NCBI GenBank assembly: GCA_046598435.1
Contig: JBKJIL010000093.1
Span: 1-47,821, forward strand
Reading direction: 5' to 3'
Length of the DNA: 47,821 nt
DNA from: Acidimicrobiales bacterium
GTDB taxonomy: Bacteria > Actinomycetota > Acidimicrobiia > Acidimicrobiales > VFJN01
Shown here: one piece after another, positions 37,085-45,486 of the stretch
How positions within the stretch are numbered: position 1 is the first letter of the stretch
How the letters are laid out: each line of letters starts with the position of its first letter
Notes under the pieces: model-generated
Database searches by the model: none
What the model saw: the letters and a program-made list of their open reading frames with translations, nothing else
Told to the model about the DNA's origin: nothing
Position numbers and translations under genes: made by a program

Positions 37085-38548
37085 ATGACGCTCGTCCTGG
37101 GGGCTGCGCTCGGACCTCACGCCACCGGGGTGGAGGTGCGTGACGCGGACACCGGGGCGCTGGTGGCGAGCGGGTCAGCACGCCACCAAGATCTCGGTCC
37201 CGATGTCGATGACCCCACGGCGTGGTGGCGATCGCTCACCCACGCCATCGGTCAGACCGGCGAGCGGGAGATCGCCGCGCTGTCGGTGTGCGGAGGGCAC
37301 CCCGGTCTCGTCCTGCTCGACGGCGCCGGGGCCGTGCTGCGCCCCGTGCAACCCTGGGCCGACGACGAGACGACGCCCGACGCCAAGCGGCTGCGCGCCG
37401 CGCTGGGGGCCGATCGATGGGCCCGACGAGCGGGAGCCATACCCGGACCCGCGACGGCCGTGGCCCGTCTGGCCTGGCTCCGTCGCACCGATCCGGGCAC
37501 CTTCGCCAGGCTGGGCGCTGCCCTCCTCCCCCACGATTGGCTCACCTACCGGCTGGTCGGCCGACCTGTCACCGATCGCGGCAGCGCATCGCTCACCGGG
37601 GCCTGGTCCCCGGCCGGGGAGGGCTGGCTGGCCGAGGTGCTCGAACAGGTAGCACCTGATGGCACGGCCGCCTGGTGGCGCGACCGGCTCCCCGAGGTGC
37701 TCGGACCGGCTGCGCGCGCCGACTGGCTCGATGCACCGGTCTACGAGCTGCTGGGCCTACGAGGGCGTCCTCTCGTCGGCCCGGGCACGGCCGAGGCCAT
37801 GGCTGTGGCCCTCGCGCTGGGGGTGCGACCGGGTCGGGTCGCCGTCTCGCTCGCCCATGCCACGACCGTCCTGGCCGGGCTCGACGAACCGCTCATCGAC
37901 CCGACTGGCACGGTGCGCAGCCGGGCCGATGCCACCGGCCGGCACCTCGCCATGTCCGGCACGCCTGGGGGTGCGGCCCTGCTCGAGGCCGTGCGCTCCC
38001 TCTTCGGCCTCTCCGCCGACGAGCTGGCCGCCCAAGCCGGCGCCTCGGCCGGCACCTCGGCCGGCGCCGCGGGCGAGCTGCTGCTCGTGCCGGGTGTGGC
38101 CGGGCGCCTGGGCGCCGTGCTCACCGGGCTCACGACGGACGTCACCCGCGGCGCGGTGGCGCGCGCGGCCATCGACGGCGTGGCCTGCGCCGCTCTCGAC
38201 ACGCTCGATCTCGTCGTCGACGCCGGCGTGCGCTGGGACGACGACGACCCGCTCCTGCTGACGGCGCCGGCCGCCGACCTCGCCGCGCAGGCCCGAGCCC
38301 TGGCCGACCTGTCGGGCCGGGCGGTGCAGACCGGTCCCGCCGGCTCGCTGGCCGCGGCAGGGGCGTGCATCCAGGCCGCCGCCGTGCTCCATGACACCGA
38401 TCCTGCGGAGGTGGCCGAGAGCTGGGCCCTCGTCGACGGGCCGTGGATCGAGCCTGACGAGGACGTCGACGAGGCGCGCCACGAGCGCCGCACCGCCTTC
38501 ACCCAGGAGTGGAAGCGCCAGCGAGCGGCCGTCGAGCCCGCCGGCTGA
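37085..38548 (+). CDS. FGGY carbohydrate kinase homologue (xylulokinase-like) with degenerate catalytic motifs
   Basis: DPTAWW, VLLDGAGAVLRP, LAWLRR, LLPHDWLTYRL, TDRGSASLTG, DATGRHL are xylulokinase-like. The phosphate-binding motifs are altered (see findings). Confidence 0.8.
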   Translation: MTLVLGAALGPHATGVEVRDADTGALVASGSARHQDLGPDVDDPTAWWRSLTHAIGQTGEREIAALSVCGGHPGLVLLDGAGAVLRPVQPWADDETTPDAKRLRAALGADRWARRAGAIPGPATAVARLAWLRRTDPGTFARLGAALLPHDWLTYRLVGRPVTDRGSASLTGAWSPAGEGWLAEVLEQVAPDGTAAWWRDRLPEVLGPAARADWLDAPVYELLGLRGRPLVGPGTAEAMAVALALGVRPGRVAVSLAHATTVLAGLDEPLIDPTGTVRSRADATGRHLAMSGTPGGAALLEAVRSLFGLSADELAAQAGASAGTSAGAAGELLLVPGVAGRLGAVLTGLTTDVTRGAVARAAIDGVACAALDTLDLVVDAGVRWDDDDPLLLTAPAADLAAQARALADLSGRAVQTGPAGSLAAAGACIQAAAVLHDTDPAEVAESWALVDGPWIEPDEDVDEARHERRTAFTQEWKRQRAAVEPAG

Positions 38549-38551
38549 TCC

Positions 38552-39775
38552 TCAGCCGAGGGCGCCGCTGGCCTGCAGGCCCGCGATCTGCTCGTCGTCG
38601 TAGCCGAGGACGTCGCGCAGCACCGCCGCAGTGTGCTCGCCCGCGGTGGGCGCCTTGGTGGGCAGGGGCAGCTCCTCGCCGATCACCTTGATGGGCGAGG
38701 GCACCTGGTCGTTGCCCACGCGCTCCTTGGGCAGCCAGGGCAGGCGGTCCTGGAACTGCGGGTCGTCGGCAAGGGTCTGGGGCGTGTTGACCGGGGCGAT
38801 GGGGGTGTTGGCTTCGCCGCCGAAGGCGACCCACGCCGCCGTCGTGCGAGAGCGGAAGATGTCGGCCAGCTCCCGCCGCAGCTCCTCGTTGCCGCGGGCG
38901 TGGTCGGCGTACTTCGATCCCGGGTGCCGTTCGAAGAGGTCGGGCCGGCCGATCCCCGTGCAGAAGTTCTCCCAGAACTCCCGCTCCGACGACATGAACA
39001 AGATGTGCCCGTCGGCGGTCTCGTAGAACTGGTAGCGCACGCCGTCGCGCATGCCGGCCGTGCCGGGGGCCCGCCGCTCGTAGTCGTCGGCCTTGTTCCC
39101 GGTGACCTCGGTCTCGGGGCGCTCGTAGGCCTTGTAGGTCTCGCTGCGCAGCCAGTCCATGGCCGCCGCGGCGTCGGACTGGGCGATCTCGAGACGGCAC
39201 GGCTCGCCGGTGGCCCGGGCCCGGGTGATCCCCGCCAGCACGCCGAGGGCACCGAAGAGGGGACCGGCGTGGATGCCCACCGACGGGTGCTCCGGGATGG
39301 CGCAGAAGCCCTCGTCGGTGGTGACGGGCTGCACGAGGCCGGCCCACACATCGTAGGCGATGCCGTGGCTGGGCATGTCCTTGTAGGGCCCGGTCATGCC
39401 ATAGCCCGAGATGGTGCAGAACACGATCCTCGGGTTGACGGCCAGGCAGGCGTCGTAGCCGACGCCGCGCTTGTCGAGGCCGCCGGGACGCATGGCCTCG
39501 ATCACGGCGTCGGCGCCTCGCACGAGCTCGAGGAACACCGCCTTGCCCTCCTCGGTGCGGAGGTCGAGCGTGATCGACCGCTTGCCCCGACTGATGTGGA
39601 GGTGCATCAGCGAGGTGCCCTCGACGATGGGCCAGGTCATCTCCCGGATGTAGTCGCCCGACGGCGGCTCCACCTTGATGACGTCGGCGCCGAGGTCGGC
39701 CAGCGTGGTGGTGATGGCGCCGGGGCCGAGCATCGAGCACTCGATGATGCGGATGCTCTCGAGGGGGGCGGTCAC
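38552..39775 (-). CDS. CaiB/BaiF family III CoA-transferase
   Basis: LADLGADVIKVEPPSGD, RGKRSITLDLR, ISGYGMTGPY, GEHTAAVL. Confidence 0.93.
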   Translation of the reverse strand: MTAPLESIRIIECSMLGPGAITTTLADLGADVIKVEPPSGDYIREMTWPIVEGTSLMHLHISRGKRSITLDLRTEEGKAVFLELVRGADAVIEAMRPGGLDKRGVGYDACLAVNPRIVFCTISGYGMTGPYKDMPSHGIAYDVWAGLVQPVTTDEGFCAIPEHPSVGIHAGPLFGALGVLAGITRARATGEPCRLEIAQSDAAAAMDWLRSETYKAYERPETEVTGNKADDYERRAPGTAGMRDGVRYQFYETADGHILFMSSEREFWENFCTGIGRPDLFERHPGSKYADHARGNEELRRELADIFRSRTTAAWVAFGGEANTPIAPVNTPQTLADDPQFQDRLPWLPKERVGNDQVPSPIKVIGEELPLPTKAPTAGEHTAAVLRDVLGYDDEQIAGLQASGALG

Positions 39776-40455
39776 GGGATGTCCTCCGTCGTCGCGAGGG
39801 GGCTGCCGGGCCCCGGGGTCATGAGCTCCTCACGCCAGCGGGTGCACCACTGGCGAGCCGTGGCCGGCCACGGATCGCCGTCGCGGAGCAAGGCGGTGTG
39901 GGCGGCCACGTCGGTGGCCCAGATGGTGCACACCTCGGTGTCGTTGAGCACGGCGTCGTACAGGCCGACCAGCGTGATGCCGCGCGCCGCCATGGCTGGC
40001 GCCCGTTCGGCGCGGGTGGCGGCGAGGTAGTCGGGCCCGGCGCCGGGACGCACCTCCGACAGCTCGTGCACGAACCAGGAGCCGTGCACGTCATCGGCGG
40101 CCAGCGCCGTCCTGGTCGGGCAGCCCGGGGCGCCGCGGAGCAGCCGGTCGAAGCCACCGCTGCGCCGCGTGTAGGCCTCGTCCCACCAGTCGGCCAGCTC
40201 GACGTTGGCGGCCTTGTCGACGTTGGTCCGCCGGGCCAGGCGCGCCCATCCGTCCCAGCCGTCGATCTCCCAGACGTTCACCACCTGCGGCCAGCGACCG
40301 GTGGTGCCGACCACCTCCCAGGTGCCCAGCAGGTCGAGCCCGCCGTCGGCTGCGGCCGCCGCGTCGAAGGCGACGGCGTGCTCCATGTAGGCCCGGCCGC
40401 CCCGGCCCACGATGTCGATGACCTCGTGCAGGAAGAGAGGGTGCCGATCTGCCAT
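39772..40455 (-). CDS. NIPSNAP-like dimeric alpha/beta barrel protein
   Basis: Two repeats starting LFLHEVID and WFVHELSEVRPG; LLGTWEVVGTTGRWPQVVNVWE. Confidence 0.75.
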   Translation of the reverse strand: MADRHPLFLHEVIDIVGRGGRAYMEHAVAFDAAAAADGGLDLLGTWEVVGTTGRWPQVVNVWEIDGWDGWARLARRTNVDKAANVELADWWDEAYTRRSGGFDRLLRGAPGCPTRTALAADDVHGSWFVHELSEVRPGAGPDYLAATRAERAPAMAARGITLVGLYDAVLNDTEVCTIWATDVAAHTALLRDGDPWPATARQWCTRWREELMTPGPGSPLATTEDIP

Positions 40456-40478
40456 GGCGGCGAGGATGATGACACACT

Positions 40479-40497
40479 ATCTGACGCCCCGTCAGAT
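40479..40497. promoter_or_regulatory. Operator-like palindrome ATCTGACG-N3-CGTCAGAT
   Basis: Perfect 8-bp arms in the 60-bp divergent intergenic region. Confidence 0.6.
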
Positions 40498-40515
40498 TCC
40501 GCCTGGACAAGGACC

Positions 40516-42753
40516 ATGGACCTCTCCTTCACACCCGACCAGGACGCCCTCCACGAGGCGACTCGACGGCTCTACGCCAAGGAGTCGCACGGCGAGCGGG
40601 TGCGGGAGGCCGAGGCGACGGGGTTCGACCCGGCGCTCTGGGCGGCGGTGGTGGCCATGGGGCTGCCGAGCATGGCCGTGCCCGAGTCGGCCGGCGGCGC
40701 CGGCGCGTCGCTCACCGACCTGGCCGTCGCGGTGGAGGTCCACGGCGCTCACCTGGGCTCGGTGCCGCTCGTCGAGACAGCCGTGGCGGCGCGGCTCCTC
40801 GCCCGGCTGGGCGAGCTGGGCGCGGCGCTGCTGGCCCGAGTCGTGCAGGGCGCAACCGCGACGATCCGCTGGCCAGAGGCCGGCTCCGGGCCGACGGCCT
40901 ACGCCGCCGTGGCCGAGGTCGTCCTCGCCGTGGACGGCGACCGCGTGCTGGTGGTCGACCCGGCGGGCGTGCGCCCGACGCGGGGCCTGGCCGGGCTGGG
41001 CCTCGGCCACGTCGCCACCGACGAACCGGCTGCGGTCAGGGCTGCCGGCACGGTCGTGGTCTCGGCCCCCCTGGTCGCGACGGCGGCCGCCACGGCGCTC
41101 GACGAGTGGCGAGCGCTCACCGCTGTCGCCCAGGCCGGCCTGGCCCGAGCGACGCTCGAGGTGGGCATCCAGTACGCCAAGGACCGCCACCAGTTCGGCG
41201 TGCCCATCGGCAGCTTCCAGTCGCTGCAGCACCGCTTCGCCGACCTGCACGAGCGGGTCGACGGCAGCCGGCTCCTCGCCTACCAGGCCGTCTGGGCCCT
41301 CGACGAAGACGACCCGCGCGCCCCGATGCACGCCGCCCAGGCCTCCTGGTACTGCGGGCAGGTGGCCGACGAGGCGGCCGGGTTCTCGCTCCACGTGCAC
41401 GGCGGCTACGGCTTCATGCTGGAGTACGACGTTCAGCTGCACGTGCGACGGGCCAAGGCCACCCGTCTCCTCCTCGGGAACCCGCGCCACGAGCTGTCCG
41501 TGATCGCGTCGCGCCGCTGGGGCGCCGACGCGGCGACTCCCGAGGCCGTCGTCGCGGCCGCCACCAGCCGCCCCACCCGGCCGGGCATGGACTTCCGCTT
41601 CGATCCCGCCACCGAGGCCTTCCGAGCCGAGGTGCGGGCGTTCATCACAGCCCACCTGCGGCCGGAGGTCATCGAGCGGGCCCATGCCACCGGGACGATG
41701 CACGACTGGGACTTCCACCAGGCTCTGTGCGACCGCGGCTACCTGGCGTCGGGCTGGCCCACCGAGGTGGGTGGCCTCGGTCGCGATGCCATCGACCAGA
41801 CGCTGCTGATGCAGGAGCTCTATGCCGCCGATGCCCCCATCGACGGGCTCAACATCGCGTCGATGGTGGGCGCCACCCTGCTCGTGTGCGGGACCGAGGC
41901 CCAGAAGGCGGAGATCCTCCCGGGCATCCTGCGCGGCGAGGTCATGTGCTGCCTCGGCTACAGCGAGCCCGATGCTGGCTCCGATGTGGCGGCGGTGGCC
42001 ACCAAGGCCGTGCGCGACGGCGAGACGTGGGTGATCGACGGCCAGAAGATGTTCACAACCATGGCCCACGAGGCCCACTACGTGTTCCTGCTCACCCGCA
42101 CGAACACCGAGGCCGCCAAGCACAAGGGCATGACCATGTTCCTCGTGCCGATGGACACCCCCGGCATCGAGATCACGCCGGTCGAGACGATGGGCGGGGA
42201 GCGCACCAACATCACCTTCTACAGCGACGTGCGCGTGCCCGACTCGTGGCGCGTCGGCGAGGTCGACGCCGGGTGGAGCGTGATGCACGCCGCCCTCGTG
42301 TACGAGCGCAACTCGGCCAACTGGGGCGAGCCCGACCACCTGGTGGAGGCCGTCGCCCGGTGGGCGCGGGCGGCCGATGCCGGCGGGGCCCCCCGCCCGT
42401 TCGACGACGTGCGGGTGCGCGAGACGCTGGCCCGGTGGAGCACGGAGCTCGAGGTCGGCCGGCTGCTCCTGTTCCGCTCGGCGTGGCTCTCGGCACGGGG
42501 GGAGATGCCCCAGGTGGAAGGGTCGATGGCCAAGCTCCACATCACGGAGGCCTTCGCGGCGGCGTCGTCCGAGCTCATCGACCTGTTGGGCTCGGCGGGG
42601 CTGGCCGCCGCCGACGACGAGGCCGCCGTGCTGGGCGGGTTGGTGGAGCACGCCTTCCGCCACGCCGTGGTCACCACCATCTACGGCGGCTCCAGCGAGG
42701 TCCAGCGCGAGATCATCGCCGGCCGGGGCCTCGGCCTGCCCCGGAGTCGGTAG
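40516..42753 (+). CDS. Fused two-domain acyl-CoA dehydrogenase (FadE34/ChsE3-like architecture)
   Basis: Domain 1: MDLSFTPDQ...RHQFGVPIGSFQSLQH...HGGYGF. Domain 2: MDFRFD...CLGYSEPDAGSD, GQKMFTT, IYGGSSEVQREII. Confidence 0.93.
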   Translation: MDLSFTPDQDALHEATRRLYAKESHGERVREAEATGFDPALWAAVVAMGLPSMAVPESAGGAGASLTDLAVAVEVHGAHLGSVPLVETAVAARLLARLGELGAALLARVVQGATATIRWPEAGSGPTAYAAVAEVVLAVDGDRVLVVDPAGVRPTRGLAGLGLGHVATDEPAAVRAAGTVVVSAPLVATAAATALDEWRALTAVAQAGLARATLEVGIQYAKDRHQFGVPIGSFQSLQHRFADLHERVDGSRLLAYQAVWALDEDDPRAPMHAAQASWYCGQVADEAAGFSLHVHGGYGFMLEYDVQLHVRRAKATRLLLGNPRHELSVIASRRWGADAATPEAVVAAATSRPTRPGMDFRFDPATEAFRAEVRAFITAHLRPEVIERAHATGTMHDWDFHQALCDRGYLASGWPTEVGGLGRDAIDQTLLMQELYAADAPIDGLNIASMVGATLLVCGTEAQKAEILPGILRGEVMCCLGYSEPDAGSDVAAVATKAVRDGETWVIDGQKMFTTMAHEAHYVFLLTRTNTEAAKHKGMTMFLVPMDTPGIEITPVETMGGERTNITFYSDVRVPDSWRVGEVDAGWSVMHAALVYERNSANWGEPDHLVEAVARWARAADAGGAPRPFDDVRVRETLARWSTELEVGRLLLFRSAWLSARGEMPQVEGSMAKLHITEAFAAASSELIDLLGSAGLAAADDEAAVLGGLVEHAFRHAVVTTIYGGSSEVQREIIAGRGLGLPRSR

Positions 42754-42783
42754 CCCGACCCCATCGACTTGACAGAGCTAGTC

Positions 42784-42798
42784 CTGACGCACCGTCAG
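42784..42798. promoter_or_regulatory. Second CTGACG-N3-CGTCAG palindrome
   Basis: CTGACG-CAC-CGTCAG, same arms and spacing as the site at 40479-40497. Confidence 0.45.
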
Positions 42799-42854
42799 AG
42801 GGTCTTGTGCCTCAAATCACACTGGTGAATGTTGCGGTTTCGTGTCGTCTTCGG

Positions 42855-42870
42855 GTTACCATTTCGTAAC
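42855..42870. promoter_or_regulatory. GTnAC-N6-GTnAC box (GlnR/MtrA-type)
   Basis: GTTAC-CATTTC-GTAAC in an AT-richer promoter region upstream of a secreted-protein gene. Confidence 0.4.
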
Positions 42871-42973
42871 TCACCAGCCGCCCGAGCGCGGCCCGCCGCT
42901 GGGGCGCAGTGATCCGTCGATCCCAAACCTGGATCGACGCGCGCCCCGGTCCCCCCACAGGAGGAACCCGACC

Positions 42974-43297
42974 ATGTCTGGGAGCAACCCCCCGAGTACC
43001 AACGGCTCGCCGCGCATCGCGCGACGGGCCCTCACGACGAGCATCGCCGCGCTGAGTGCCGTGGCCGTGCCTGTCGCACTGGTGGCCATCAGCGCCGGCG
43101 GCCCCGCCGACTCGGCCAACCCCCGCGAGGCATCTACCAGCACCTCGTTCCTCAGCGGCGAGCTCCAGCTCGTCCGGGCCCGCTCGACCTCCCGAGCGGT
43201 CGCCTACCAGGACCTGGCCCAGCCGGCCGACCCGGTCGTCGTCACCGCCCCTCCCCCGGCGCCGACCACGACCGCGCCCCCGCCGCCCGCCCACTGA
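42974..43297 (+). CDS. Exported protein N-terminus ending in a Pro/Thr linker; probably truncated
   Basis: AGGAGG RBS, signal/TM segment RRALTTSIAALSAVAVPVALVAIS, ends ...TAPPPAPTTTAPPPPAH* with no downstream domain. Confidence 0.6.
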   Translation: MSGSNPPSTNGSPRIARRALTTSIAALSAVAVPVALVAISAGGPADSANPREASTSTSFLSGELQLVRARSTSRAVAYQDLAQPADPVVVTAPPPAPTTTAPPPPAH

Positions 43298-43389
43298 GCC
43301 GCCGTAGTGCCCGCTTCGCGCGCCACGGCCGGCTGGCCGACTGGCGAAAGCTACCGCTCGGCTGGAGCGTTCAGCGGGTTCACGGATCG

Positions 43390-43447
43390 GATGAGAGTGC
43401 ACTGAGCGCTGTCTTGCGAAGATCGAACAACGCTCCGTGCACTCTCG
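43390..43447. repeat. Palindrome family B, left copy
   Basis: GAGAGTGCAC-T-GAGCG...CGCTC-C-GTGCACTCTC (43393-43446), a ~20-bp imperfect stem. Confidence 0.9.
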
Positions 43448-43504
43448 TGATCGGGATCCTCCGAAACGCCTCGCGGCCGGCGCCCCGTCCGGGATGCTCG
43501 CACC

Positions 43505-44410
43505 GTGTCGAGTGTTCCGCATCTTCGCCTCGGTGTGCCCGGGTGGCCTGAGGTGTTCCGCGGGTCCGCGGCTGTCCGCGCTGGGCTCGTCACCCCGGCC
43601 CGGCTCCGCGGGCCGAAGTACCGCCGGGTGTTCCCCGACGTCTATGTCCCAGCCACGGACGAGGCGCCGGGTCTCGCGCTGCGCTCGCGAGCAGCATTCC
43701 GGTACGCCGGGGACCGGGGCGTCCTGTCGGGCTACTCGGCTGCCGAGCTACTCGGTGCTTCCTGCGCGCCGCTCGACGCACCCGCCGAGGTGATCGTGGT
43801 GAGCGGTGGGCTTCGCCCTCGACCGGGCCTGCAGGTGCGCCGTGATCGGCTCGAGGCCGATGAGGTGCGCGAATGCGACAACATGTGGGTGACTTCGGAG
43901 CTTCGCACGGCGTACGACCTGGCCCGGCAGCCCGAGGTGATCGAGGCGGTCGTCGCCCTCGACGCGCTGGCGAGGAAGGGGCGTTTCGCACCCGGGGATG
44001 TGCGGCGGCTCGCCGAGCGATATCCGCGGGCCCGGGGCTGCGCCGGGCTGTCCCGTGCCGTCGAGCTCGCCGACGCCCGCGCAGGCTCGCCGATGGAGTC
44101 GCGACTTCGGCTGGTGCTCGTGCAGCGCGGGCTCCCCGTTCCTGAGGTGCAGTTCCCCGTGCTCGACGACGCGCGGCGCCGTGCCGTCTGGCTCGACATG
44201 GCTTATCCCGAGCACCGCATCGGTATCGAGTACGAGGGTGCCGACCATGTACGTCCCGAGATGGTGCTCCGTGACGCGGGCCGATACACGAAGCTGGTCG
44301 ACGAGGGTTGGCGGATCTACCGGTTCACGAAGTTCGAGATGTACACCGACCCGGATGCGATCGCCGCAACGATCGGCCGGGCCCTGCTCGCCCCGGCGAG
44401 AGTGCGGTGA
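43505..44410 (+). CDS. AbiEi-like/DUF559-type nuclease domain protein
   Basis: YRRVFPDVYV, LSGYSAAELLG, VTSELRTAYDLAR, GSPMESRLRL, GLPVPEVQ, LDMAYPEHRIGIEYEGADH, D..R...L...GWRIYRF. Confidence 0.85.
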   Translation: MSSVPHLRLGVPGWPEVFRGSAAVRAGLVTPARLRGPKYRRVFPDVYVPATDEAPGLALRSRAAFRYAGDRGVLSGYSAAELLGASCAPLDAPAEVIVVSGGLRPRPGLQVRRDRLEADEVRECDNMWVTSELRTAYDLARQPEVIEAVVALDALARKGRFAPGDVRRLAERYPRARGCAGLSRAVELADARAGSPMESRLRLVLVQRGLPVPEVQFPVLDDARRRAVWLDMAYPEHRIGIEYEGADHVRPEMVLRDAGRYTKLVDEGWRIYRFTKFEMYTDPDAIAATIGRALLAPARVR

Positions 44411-44454
44411 GCGTTGTTCGATCATGAGCAATCAGCGCTCGGTGCAATCTCATC
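44397..44454. repeat. Palindrome family B, right copy (inverted relative to the left)
   Basis: 44398-44451 matches the reverse complement of 43393-43446 at 42 of 54 positions ungapped (hand count). It contains the gene's TGA. Confidence 0.88.
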
Positions 44455-44539
44455 GTGCCGCGTGGCGCAACCCGAAGCCGCTGATCAGTCGAGGAGCCGG
44501 TCTGCGGCTCACACCGGGCACCATGGCCTCAGGACCTAC

Positions 44540-45064
44540 TCAGCGGTCGAGCTCGATGACGAAGATGTCGTCCGCGGTGAGCCGCAGCGGGAAGCCGACG
44601 ATGTTGTTGGCCCCGCTCAACCGCGCCCGGCCGGTGCGGCCGGCGTAGGCGCCTGTGCCGGAGATGGTGTCGGTGTCGGCGTCGGGGAATGCGCCGTTGA
44701 GGACGAACCCGGGACGGGCCGGGTCGGGCACGATGCTGACGGTCGCGTGGTTCGCGATGTCGCCGTTCTCCAGATGGAACGTGGTGATCGCGTCCATCAG
44801 CGGACAGCCGGGCAGCGAGTCGGTCTTGCACGCGACGTCGTCGGTGGCGGTGCCGATCCGCTCCCCGGTGGCCACTGAGTAGAGCTCGAACTCGAACGCC
44901 TGTCGTGCCGGGTTGGTGGACACGTTCGGCGACTCCCCGCGCATGTTCACCGCGATGATCTCGGGGCCGGCGGGTTTCGGCGCGGCCGAGGCCACACCGG
45001 CGGCGGCCACAACGGCGGCGGAGCAAGCCATGAGGCCCAGTCCGAGCAGGACATGACGGACCAC
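44540..45064 (-). CDS. Secreted beta-barrel protein (dirigent/allene oxide cyclase-like)
   Basis: Signal peptide, RIGTATDD, TTFHLENGDI, TISGTGAYAGRTGRARL. GGGAGG RBS. Confidence 0.6.
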   Translation of the reverse strand: MVRHVLLGLGLMACSAAVVAAAGVASAAPKPAGPEIIAVNMRGESPNVSTNPARQAFEFELYSVATGERIGTATDDVACKTDSLPGCPLMDAITTFHLENGDIANHATVSIVPDPARPGFVLNGAFPDADTDTISGTGAYAGRTGRARLSGANNIVGFPLRLTADDIFVIELDR

Positions 45065-45141
45065 GACGACCTCCCTGACAGGCGACTAGACCGAATGGAC
45101 TAGTACTGGCGGGACGGTAGCAGGAGGTGGCAGAGCCGAGT

Positions 45142-45413
45142 TCAGGAGCGTGTGTCGGTCGCCACGATGCCACCGTCGTCGGGCGTGATGCGGGCCGGGA
45201 CCGTCGCGGCCAGCAGCGGGATATTGCCCAGCAGCAGGTCGGAGGCCTTCTCCGTCGGCCATCATCGCGGGCGCGTCACGTGTTGGCGTTGCCGAGCGAG
45301 GGCATCGCCGAGGCGTCGACGATCCGCAGGCCCTGCATTCCGTGCACGCGCATGTCGGTGGGATCGACGACCGCGTCGCCACCGCGCCCCATCGAGGCGG
45401 TGCAGGCAGGTCT
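45142..45413 (-). pseudogene. C-terminal fragment of a GMC oxidoreductase (choline dehydrogenase-like), frameshifted
   Basis: [42 protein letters not shown], then shifted frames DAPAMMA and EKASDLLLGNIPL. Confidence 0.85.
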
Positions 45414-45486
45414 GGGCCGTGCGTGCCACGTCATAGATCGTCCTACCGCGACGCGCGATAGCGCCGCGAACGGGTGGTTCGCTCGC

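Noticed and set aside
42769-42800. Sigma-70 promoter at TTGACA
   Set aside because: No credible -10 hexamer at 16-18 bp spacing.
42800-42973. c-di-AMP (ydaO) riboswitch
   Set aside because: The context is suggestive, but I could not find the conserved GCCGAATCC, GGGGAACC and GTCAGCTAAC-like blocks.
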